NCBI RefSeq assembly: GCF_009914755.1
Contig: NC_060925.1
Source: the human T2T-CHM13v2.0 reference genome, Homo sapiens
Reading direction: 5' to 3' (one strand)
Length of the DNA stretch: 64,000 bases
In this document: piece by piece, positions 26,138 to 37,314 of the stretch
Position numbering within the stretch: position 1 is the first letter of the stretch
Layout: every line of letters begins with the position of its first letter
Program-made: the position numbers and the translations under genes
Notes under the pieces: generated by a model
Seen by the model: only the letters and a program-made list of their open reading frames with translations
What the model was told of the DNA's origin: nothing
The model's database searches: none

Positions 26138-29100
26138 ACCAGAACAGAAGGTGGGATAAGTAAGGAGGAAGTCAGAGTAAAGGACAGGAAGATACTAGCA
26201 GAGGGCCAGTAGGGCCATTTCCCACAGCATCTCTGTGGGCCATTTCCCACAGCATCTCTTTCCCTTCCAACTCTCCAAAAGCCCAGCTCAAGTCTTGTAT
26301 CTTCTGGGACATTTTCCCTGAGCACCCAAGGATCCAATTTTCCCTCCCTTGACCTCTCAAGATTAGATTGCTGATTTGTAACTTAAATCGTATACATCCA
26401 AGAAGTTCCTGCCTTCACATTTCACACATATACTATACACATTAAGAACTGAGCAATTAGGATTCACATCTTCTTAAGGTGGTTTACAAAATGGCAAAGG
26501 AAAGTGTGCATTCATGCATTCTTGGCATATCTCTGGTGAAGGCTGTTTTGAAGCTTCTTTTGAAAGTGGCTGCTAATGGATTGATAATTGGTTTCCTGGC
26601 TTCCTTAAGAAGTGTGAAGCATTCTGCCAGCCTGTCGTCAAAGCATCAAGTATTGTGCAAACCACCATCAGAGTTATTTGTATCTTCCTTGCCATTGTAT
26701 CTCTTGTGGTGGAAGAATAGCTGGACAAGATTGTATGGGAAATGCTCTCTATTCTTTTGTAAGGAAGGAAGTAAAATGGCAAAGCTTCTGGAAGGTAAAG
26801 AATATATGCAGCCTGGCCAAAGCTTTCCCACCATGACAGCCAGGATGAGCAATTTCCTAGGCAGAGACTGAACAACTCTGAATCCAATGCATGGTGCTCA
26901 GCACAGGGAAGACAGGCAGTCAATAGCTTGAATGGATGGAAAGTGGTATTACTTCCCATTGATTTTGAGCAGGGGTCCCGGGAGATGTGAATTAACTGAG
27001 GACCAGAGAGTAAGAGCAAAGAAGCTAGCTCCACCTTTTCTTTCAAAACGTTTTTCACTGTGAGATAAATCATCTTCTTAAAAACCTAAATTAAAAAAAG
27101 ACTATCTATTGAGCATCTACTACTGTGAGGGCAGCTCAAAAGCCAACAAAATGATTCTGAAGTCTCTGCTTGCTACAGAAAATGTTTTGGAACATGAAGG
27201 AAGAGTGTATTTGTGTATTCTTGGCAGGGTAATTCCCTAGTAAAGAGTTGTTTTGAAGAAAATGTTTCAAGAGAAGAACAATACAATACTTTGCACCTCT
27301 TCAGACAACTTCTCAAATAAATTTGAGCCATTGAAATAATATCCCCAATCCCCTTATAGCTCTCAATAAGGAAAGGGCAATGTTATTTGCCAAGTATTGT
27401 ATTAATATTTATTGTGACTAATGTATTGGAAAATTTAGGGCACTTATGCTGACTTTTGCTAGAGGAGCTTTTGTATGTACATTTATGAGCGCTTTGTAAA
27501 ACACAGAGACCAACCTTATATTTTATATTTTTATAGATGTTTATAGGTATTGTCCCTTTTCTATTGATAACATTATATTTGATCTAGAGTTAAGAGCAGA
27601 ACTCCAAAGTTTAACATTGTCTCTCAATCGAAGTATGACCTGCTCTGTAATGATCCACTTTCAAAGTAGCTTCCAGGTATTTATTGTGGGAAATGTGAGG
27701 ACTATTCATGTCATAGTCATCTTTTTCTACAAATATGATCATAGAGGCTTAGAATATTTGGAGCCACAATGGAGTGCTACCCTATTGGATAGGTCAGTAC
27801 ATGAAAATCCAGAGAGAAGATGCTTGGCTTTAGCCACAAAGCTGAGCTAGAACTAAGAACCTGGTCTTCAGATTTTGAAACCAAAGTCATCTCAGTGTAC
27901 CAGGCCTTTCTTATCACCATACTTTCTTATCACCAATTGGACTATGAGCTCCCTGAGGGCAATGCCCAGGACCTATAAAAGCATCAGCTTACCTGCTGGG
28001 TACTCAGTAGGGAGTGGGCAGATGGAAGTCCCTCACTTTGTTGAAATGCAAGGGTGACCTGGCTATATGCTGCAAAGGCATGGGGCCGGTTGGCTCCCTC
28101 TGGCTTCCTCCATGGAAGCCAGCATCCCTGAGATTCAAGCTGTGTCCTCTTACTCTCCAATGTCCAGACACACTTGAGTGATGGAAGGGCCTGGGGATGT
28201 CATCCTGCTCTATCCCAGAATTGTCTAGAAGAAGAAATGCCATGTCAGCTCCCCAGAGTACCTGCTTAGCTTTCATCCATAAGCCTCAGACCCCTCATCC
28301 TTGTTTCAAACCACAGGGAGCACTGACACATACTTGTTGGGACAGACCTATCTTCTTTCCTTCTCAGCTGTTTGCAAGCAGTGCCCAGCTCACTGGAGGC
28401 TGCCGGCCCTGCTTGTGGACACCAAGGGCCTGCTGGGCAGCACTTCAAGGTCTTCTGCCCTTGGTGAAGGTTTTACAGGGATGTTATAAACCTGCTCCTA
28501 AGAGCCAAAGGGCCAAGTAAACTCTTGGAGGGGTCAAGCAACAGTCCCTCAGCTGGCATTCTGCTACCTGCCTCTTTCAGCTTGGGGGACAGTGAATCTT
28601 ATCCTGGTCCTAAGAGGCTGGCTGGTTTTGCTTCCCATGTGAATCCTCCCAGCTCTTTGTCGCAGAAGCTAGACCCTCCTCCATTTCTCCCTGCCTTGTT
28701 TTATCTAGATGGATTTCAGAGATTAAGCCCCCATGGCACCTGGGGCTCCCACTGTGTGTACCTTTATCTTCTCAGGCCCTGCTTCTGCAGAGCCCTGCCC
28801 CGTGCACCTGTCCCTGGGCTTGGTCTCTGCAATGGGCAAAGCCTTTGTGTTTGCCTGCCCCGAGCTGCTCCCTGCTCCTCCAGGTCCTTGTGGCTCCCAG
28901 CATGCTACGTGGCTAATGCTGTTGGGCTCTATATTCTAACCACAGTGGGGAGCAGGGATGGGCAGATATCATGCAATTTATTTTTTTTTCAATAAGGGTG
29001 AGTTGTTCAATGTGTATTTAAGGGTGACTTGATCTTTAAACCTCTCAAGACTTTTTACATAAATAAACTCAAAAGTCATCAAAATGCTTTGTTGGACAAC

Positions 29101-30120
29101 GTGATTTTTTTTTTTCATTTAAAAAGTATCATCACCATGGTTCATCCCAACTCATCAACTCATACACCAAACTCTCAGTCATCACAGAGACCCTGACAGT
29201 CTCCCAGGCTATTCCTCTCCCAGCCCTGAGGGATCACCGATCTCTAGTGTGCAGAACTCGAGGCCCCAAGTAACCCACTGAGCCGGGTGAAGGATCTGAG
29301 GGTCAGGCTGCCTGCCTTTCCCTGAGAGAAGCACATGGAAAGAGATGGAGAAGGTGGAGTGACAAGGGATGGGAGAAGACGTAACAGCCCAGAGAAGCTG
29401 GAAATTTTGATTTCCCACAGAGACCATGTCTGGGCCTCCCTTGGCTACACACAGCCCCTCATCCTTGCCAATCCCAACGCGACTGAAGATTTAAGATATC
29501 ATTTGTGCTGCAAAGTATGGTCAGGTCATCCAAGAGGAAGGAAGAAGGGCTTCTTTGTTATCTCCACAGAACAGAGCACTCAACTCCAACCCCTTCCCCA
29601 AAAGATCAACAGTCCAAAGATAGCTTGATCCCTTTTCCCTCCCTAAATCCAATATGAGATAAAGCAATTTTAGGAAACTGTTTATATCCTGGCAAGGCCA
29701 GTTTCCCACAGTTACTGGAGGCTGGTGGTGTCTACAGCCTTACAAACTTGACAGTCCCTTCCACCCTGCTGGATTAGATGGTGTCAGGGGTGGCAATGAC
29801 GGTGAGCAGGAAATGTCTGGGTCTGAGCCTGGTGGGCTTTGTCCCAGTGGTGTCTCCTTGCTCTTAAGGATCACCAAGAAGGGTAAGACGGTGTTGAAGA
29901 GCATCCCCAAATGTCAGGAGCACTTGTTCTCAGTGCTACAGTCGACATTCCTGCCAGAAATAAGGACCCCACCAGCAACGTTCCGAGGAGTAGAATAAAC
30001 CAACCAGAGTGCAGCTGTTGTTACAACCTGCAAGGTTCCCAGGGACGGGGCCCCTGGATTAGCTAGGAAACGGGCCCCTGCCTCTCAGTGAAGACCCTGG
30101 CGTGGCCTCCTCCCTGCTCA

Positions 30121-30417
<297 letters not shown>

Positions 30418-31660
30418 TCAGAGTGACACAGGTAGGATTCAACGTTCTTATAAGGAATGAGGTTTGTGAGAAATCCTGCAATGTCCTGTTTCATCGCAGC
30501 ATCCTAGGATGAATGGGCTTCCAGCTATCAAGTGCCTGAGACTCTGTGTCCACATAAAGTGTTCTAGATGCTTGGATGTTTTGATCCCTTACCCCTCCCT
30601 AAATCCAATATGAGATGAAGCAATTTTAGGGAGAAGGTGGGTCTACATTCTTCACAGGTTACCTGTCCCAGGAGCAACAAGTTCCACAGCATTAGAAGTC
30701 TTTGGAGACTTCCTCACTGAACCTGACCTTGCATCTGAACTGCTAATGTCACGACAGATCTCAAGTACAGTCCATTTCTGAGCAGCAAAGGCAAGTCAAG
30801 ATGACACAGCAGTTGAGGCTTTGCTCCCTGTCTTTTTCCCAAACCAGAGATTAATTGAGAATAAATGTTCACTGCCTGCTGATGTGGAAGAACCTTCATG
30901 GAGATGTTTCCTTAATTCAATTTGCAATGGTAGCAGGTAAAATGAAACAAATGACTCATTGAGTATGCTTTGAAAGTTCACTTGAGTCAACAGTGGTGAG
31001 ACAGACATGGAGTGGGTTCCCTGAGACAGCTCTGGGGGCCCTGAACCCAGTGGGCATGATGGGCTGGCTACCTCACCGGAGAGGCAGTCAGGATCCAGAT
31101 GCTTCTGGAAAGGAGTATGTCCTGGCCAAGCCTCTGGAGCTTCCTCTGGAGTCACCTCCACTCCCACTCATGCTGTGCTTAATGCTGTGAGAGATGGACG
31201 AGGAGGAGGGGGTGGTGGAGGGGAGGAGGAAGAAGAGGGAAGGAGGGGAGCTCTGTTTCCGGGGAGAAGGGCGTCCTGCAGGATAGACAGGAGGTCATGA
31301 AGCCAGTGCCAGACGGTGAGGTGAGGACTGTATGAGTCCCGAGATTTGGGAGAGAGGGGCCCAGAGTCATCAGGGGAGTTTTTTGGACACTACCTAGGAT
31401 TCTCAGGAAAAAGGGACCCTGCCTGTTCGGTAGACACCATCATGGGCTGTCAGAGCCACAGTCCCTGAAGTTGGTGTGTGTGATCCTGACAGGGATGATT
31501 CTGCAAAGGCTTTCCTACCACACTGGGGGCTTCTGTGGGCTGGGCAGCTCCAGGCACTGCCTTTTATGGGCGGGCTCTTGACTGTTGCATTCATGTTAAC
31601 CCAAAACGAAGGCTGCCAGCTTTGTGCTGAGAGCAGGCAGGACAAGGCATTCTATGGCTG

Positions 31661-31664
<4 letters not shown>

Positions 31665-31706
<42 letters not shown>
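31665..31706. repeat. (TG)21 microsatellite
   Basis: Directly visible. Confidence 0.95.
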
Positions 31707-31707
<1 letters not shown>

Positions 31708-32619
31708 TCATCTAAGTTGAACAACAAGGGTCCTCCCCTTTGTGCAGGGGAGTCTGTGTGACCATGTGCCAGGTGTGAGGCATCTCAAATCAAATGTAAG
31801 TCAGCCCACTTGCCTCTCACCTCACATGTCCCCCTGGCCTCACCCTCTACAAGTACATCTGCTGAAAACATAGCTGAAACCCCTCTGAAGCTGGCTTTGC
31901 TCAGGCTCAGGGATGGGGGAGGGGATACACTGAGGCATTCCAGGAACATGGTCCCTTTGCTACAGGTCCCAGAGCTCCAGGGAATCTGAAGGAAAGAAGG
32001 GGCTCCTGTGATAAGTCAACGTGGAGAAGCAAGCAGCAGGACCCACCTGCCTCCAGATGTCCCCAGACATGCTCTCTGGGATGCGAGAGCCTGGGGTGTG
32101 AGGGCTGTCACTGCAGGCATTTTGAGACCTGGTGAAAGTTACACAGCATTTCAAGACAGAGCTGGATCCTTCCTGCTGCCAGGGGCAGAACCCAGATATA
32201 AGGTTTCCTAGTGAGGCCCCACCATTGCTGCAGGAGATATGCACGTGGGGTACATGTGCCTGTGTTCCTGCCCACAGCAGCTAGTCTGAGGCTGTGATTG
32301 GCTTAAGAAAAAGGGGATCCTAAGGGGGATGAAGGAATCTGCCCAGCCTTCCCATCGTGTAGGCACAGCCCTGCGCACATGCCCACATCCACCCACCCAT
32401 CACTTCCTCCTACCATCATGCAATCACAGGCACCCACTTACGAACAATGCAATGAGCACCTACTATGTGCCAGTTGCTGTGCTAGACCCTTGACATCTGG
32501 ATATGGTCTCTGCCCTCAAGAAATGAACAGACAAGGAAATAGGTGTTTATGATACAGGGGATTCGTGCTGTGGATGCACATAGGAGAAGCACCTAACTCA
32601 AATGTGGAGGATCAGTCTG

Positions 32620-33040
32620 GAAATAGGGTGTGGAGAATGGAAGTACTAACCTCATCTACAAAATTTCAAGGGGCGCCAAAATCTCAGTTATCATGACAAA
32701 TAATATCTTAGTGCGATATTTTTTTCTAGAAAATTACAATTAATGCCATAAATCCAATTCACAATGAAGAAAAATACCAACATTTAAAATAAAGCCTGGA
32801 TCCAACCCTATGCTCAGATCACTCACCTCACTGGTCTTCACCATAGTCCCAGCACTGTCAGAGCCTGTCTTTGATTCAAATGTTGATGTGTTTTAACACG
32901 GATATTTTGCACTAATATTAATTTTTAAAAAAAATTTGCATTAAGTGTTATTTATCTTAATTGCTGAGTTTTTTTTTCCCCATCACTTAAATTTCGTGCC
33001 CATGAGTGCCCTGCTCACCTGACCCTAGTCCCAGACCTGG
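32620..33040. mobile_element. MER96B-like hAT (Tip100) MITE
   Basis: aaaatttcaaggggcgccaaaatctcag...; internal inverted repeat; ends ctcacctgaccctagtcccagacctg. Confidence 0.65.
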
Positions 33041-33129
33041 GTCAGGAAAGGCTTCTTGGAGGATGTGGTCCTCCAATAACCCAATAGTTATTGTCACAGC
33101 TAACTTTAGTTACATAACTAAGTGCCTGG

Positions 33130-34620
33130 CCTGAGCACTTGGGTGTACCCTCACTGAGACAAGAATGCAGAAAGAGGTATAGGTCTGAATGGAGGGTCAT
33201 CAGTAGGGGATGCTGAGTTTTAAGGTACTAGTGGGACCTCCAAGTGGAAATATCTAGCAGGAAGTGGCTATATGGGTCTTAAGTTCAAGAGAGAAGCCTG
33301 GTCTAGAAATTCAGCTCATAGATTGTAAAAGAAGCCATGACAAGGATGAAATTACCCAAGGAGAGTGAGAAGGGATGTTGGTCTAGGACAGGACAGTTAG
33401 GAACAATGTAGGGACCAGCAGAATGCTAGACTGGGAGAGTGGGGTCACAGGAGCTTAAAGAAGAATGAGTTTCAAGAAGGAGATCAACAGCCTTGAATGC
33501 TGCAGGGAAGTTTACATAGGATTGAAAAACAGGTTAGCAAAAAGAGGTCACATTGATACTGCCAGGATTGTGTGTACTGATGGGGCCAATACCAAACAGG
33601 AGAAGAGAAGGTGATATCACTCTCTCTAGAGAAATTAGGTAGCAGCTCATGAGGCATATGGCCTGGGTGGGAGTGGTTAAAGTAGTTTAGTACAGGAGAA
33701 ACTTGACCATATTGAAATGCTAGAGAAGAATGAAGGGGTGGGAGGAAAGATGTATTGAATGGTTAGCTGAAGATGTGGAGGAGAAAGGGGCCCCCTACAG
33801 GGGCTCCAGAGAAGGAGAGAGGCATGGGACTGAGAGCACACTAGAGGCCCAGCCTTAGAGACCGTGAGGGATGTCCTTCCCTCAAGACTGCAGTAAAGAG
33901 GGAAGAAGTGGTGGCAGTGAGTTTTCAGGTAGGATGGCAGGAGACCGAGGGAGATCCTGTGATGACACAGGCTCTATTTTCTAAGTGGAGGAGGTCACAG
34001 TCTTTGCTGAAGGTGAGGGACAAGTCATGGGAAAACGACTTGAAGAGAATGTCTGAAGCTGTCACTCTGGAGAAGAGGAAATCATGCCTAGATGGATTGC
34101 CATGCACCTCTGGGGCCCGCCGAGGGTGCAGATGACTCATTTGTAGGGATACCATCCAGCAGGGCTATATGACTTGTCCCAGCAGCCCTTGGCCACTCAG
34201 TTCCTGTAGAAGTAGAGAAAGGGGTAGGAGGATTGACTGAGTGAGGGGGGATTGGGCTTGGAGAAATGGAAGACAACGGGGCAAAGGAGCTGAACATGTT
34301 GTTAAAAAGAATGGCCAAAGTGTTATCCAAGAGGCTTAGAATGAAGAAGGAAAGAGGTGAAAGGAGCAGGGGGCGATGGGGGAAATAGAGGATGGGAAGG
34401 GATGATGGGCAGGAGTAAAGGGAGTGTCATGTGAAAAAGCTGAAGTATGTGGAATTGAGATTTCAGAGGTGCTTGATGATGAGGTCCAGCTGCAGCCAGG
34501 GTGAAGTACACTGAAAGGAAGTGAGAAGGTCAAGGCCTGAGAGGCAAGGTGATGGCAAGTAGGGAGGAGGAGATCAGTGACAGTGATGAGGAGGGGTAGA
34601 AAGTGTCAGAGCTGAAGACA
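33130..34620. mobile_element. L2 LINE fragments
   Basis: Purine-rich L2 text ccaagtggaaatatctagcaggaagtgg, gtttcaagaaggagatcaacag. Confidence 0.55.
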
Positions 34621-35108
34621 GCATAAGGTCAAAGGGGAAGGGGTTTACACGTGGGTGGAATGGCATCGGCGAGCAAGCATACGAGCCCCTCTCAAGGTGA
34701 AGTTCATTGGGTGTGGGGAAGTGAGCTGCTAGCACTGCAGAGGGCTACAGGGTCGTGGTGACTTCACGGGAACTCAGATTCAAGGAAGCATTTGGCAAAG
34801 AGTTCTAAGGCATTGGGGGATGTGTTGCTCAGAGAATCAAGATTGGGTGGAAGGAAGAGGAAGAACAGAGCAGGGTGGGGTGAGAGTTTGGGAGCTCCTT
34901 CCAGGAAGGCAGAGGGGGCTGCTGGCTGGCTTCTGTCCCTTTGACACCTCCTGTCCTGGCCTAAGCCTTCTCTCCAAGCTCAGAGTCAACTCCTGCTGGA
35001 AACACAGAGACCACGGCCGCTGCCTTCCTGCAAAGGGCTCCCTGTGCTCCACTGCCCTGCCTGAAAGGTGTTTGATCTTGGCACTTCTGGTCAGGTGCTG
35101 ACCAAGTC

Positions 35109-35116
35109 TGACGTCA
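35109..35116. promoter_or_regulatory. Full palindromic CRE TGACGTCA (candidate)
   Basis: Exact motif with intact CpG, within the 10-bp palindrome CTGACGTCAG. Motif only. Confidence 0.35.
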
Positions 35117-35756
35117 GGACCCAGAATTGCAAATAGACAAATGGATTTTGACTTGCAGAAAAATCACACATGCAATTTCCTGTTATCTGGTTTAATATAA
35201 TTCCGTTTTATGAGTGTTTCTCCTGTCTCTCTCCTTTTGCCTACCAAAAGCAAACTGGAAAACATGAGATGATTGCTTCTAAGATGCCTCAGAAGTCCAT
35301 CATGACTGAGCTCTGCCACTCAGCATATTTGCTTCCCCTTTCTCAGCTGTTTTATCCCCATCATCTGTGATCAATCTCACTCTTCTCCCCAGGTTTTTCC
35401 ATTTCTAATACCAAATTGGAATCGTCTTTTATGAAAATGTCTGTACAGAAGGGACTGTATCATGTGGTTCTGTAAATTCACTGAATATTTGATGTGCTCC
35501 AAGAGGGGAGGCACTGCTTGGAGGAAGACGAGGATTTGCTGCCTTTCACATGAGGCTGGGAGGCTTCACTGGCTCCTTCACTAACTCATTATTCCCCTGG
35601 CTTGAGCTTCCTCTCCTCTTCCTTTGGCATGACTAACGCCTTGCATTAACAGACTTTGGTTTACAATGTTACCTCCTCCAAGACATTTTCCTTGACCACA
35701 CACCTTAGATCTTAGACATTTCCCTTTTACTTTTCTTTCTTTGCACCCCATTCTTT

Positions 35757-35868
35757 TTATTTTTTCTTTTGAGACAGGGTCTTGCTCTGTTGCCCAAACT
35801 GGAGTGCAGTGGTGCTATCACAGCTTACTGCAGCCTCGAACTCCTGGGCTCGAGCAATCCTCCCATTT
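35757..35868 (-). mobile_element. Alu monomer (FLAM/AluJ fragment)
   Basis: tttgagacagggtcttgctctgttgccc...ctcctgggctcgagcaatcctccc. Confidence 0.85.
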
Positions 35869-36829
35869 TGGCACCACATTCTTTCCCTTTATAGCAATGA
35901 TGCCCCTTGTAACTACCCATCTGTTCATTCAACAAGTATTTTACTGGTTACTGTTCTAGACATTGGGGGTATAACAGCGAATAAAAGGATGAAAATTTGT
36001 TCTTCTGGAGCTCTGGTTGGGCATTGGGCACAAGATGATTCACCACCCAGCCCCCCTCACTCCCACCCCCTAGAATGTAAGCCCCATGAAGGCAGGCATC
36101 CATTATGTATTTTTGATCACTGTGTACCCGGCACTTAGCACAGTCCCTGGAACACACAGAATACTCTGAGCTTAGCAAATATTTTGCATGGAAACCGTGC
36201 CAAATGCCACACTAAGCACTAAAGGTATAGCATTGCCTGCCCCACGGCCCCTGCCCCTGGAGAACTCAGGGTCAGGTGGGTATGGAGATAATTCCAATAC
36301 AAATGACCAGGGCAATGGAGAGGATGTAGACCTGACCACATGACTTGGGTGATAGCAGAAGGGGCAGCTCAAGCCTCTGGCTGGGAGCGCTGGACAGGTT
36401 TCTTACAGGTTGTTCAAATCTGGGAGTCAGCCTGGATTGCCCTGTCCTTCTCCCTCAGCTCTCCTTAGTCTCCTCCTGTTGACTCCTCCTCCCACATACC
36501 CAGAACCCTCTGCTATCCACCCCGTCTCTCCCTGCCTGAGTTCAGCCCTTGCAACTCCTCATCTGGGTGCCAGTAGCAGCCTATGGTTCCCCTGGCTCTT
36601 CCTTCTATTTCATACTCTACAAAGGAGCACAAGATCACTCAGAAATAAAAATATGATGATTACCATCCCCTGCTCATTGATCCTTTTACAGCTTCCTGAA
36701 ATCCACAGACTAAAATCCTAACTCCTCAGCATGGCAGGACCCTTGCCTACCCCTCCCACCCCAGCCTGCTCTTTGGCCATCAGCGACCTTGAGATTTACA
36801 CGGCACAGCAATGAGTGATCTGTAGGGAG

Positions 36830-37080
36830 GTAGAATAGTGCAGTGGCAAGAGCTCTGGGATCACAAAGTCCAGGATCTAAATCCTGGCTCTGATACTAAG
36901 GAACAGACCTTGGGCATGTGACTTATTTTCTCTGAGCCTTAGTTTTGTCATCTGTAAAATGGAAATGGTAATAACAAGGTTGTTGTGAGGATTAAATGAG
37001 CTTCTGTACACAAGATAATTGTCAAAATGTCCAGTATGCAGTGTGTAACCAGTGACTAACCATATTTCCTCAGTGTTATT
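36830..37080 (+). mobile_element. MIR SINE
   Basis: gaccttgggcatgtgacttattttctctgagccttagttttgtcatctgtaaaatgg. Confidence 0.8.
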
Positions 37081-37300
37081 GTCGCTGCTGTTTGCAGAGC
37101 CCAGCCGCCCCTCAGATGGCTGTAACGTGGCACCTGCCATCCTCTCTTCCCGAAATGAACACCCTTTGCTTTGTCTACCAGACAAAGAATCATCTTTCAG
37201 TGTTGGTGCAAGTGCATTCCCATGTGGGACCTTCTTTCGAATCGCCCAGGCAGACTTAGGAGCTCTTTCTCTCTCGCTCCCAGCCCCCTTGGACATTTCT

Positions 37301-37314
37301 GTTGTTATAGCAAC
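37301..37314. promoter_or_regulatory. RFX X-box-like palindrome GTTGTTATAGCAAC (candidate)
   Basis: Close match to the GTTGCYATRGCAAC consensus, in apparently non-repetitive CpG-retaining sequence. Motif only, no functional data. Confidence 0.4.

Noticed and set aside
32680-32975. Long imperfect inverted repeat
   Set aside because: Explained by the internal palindrome of a MER96B-like MITE.
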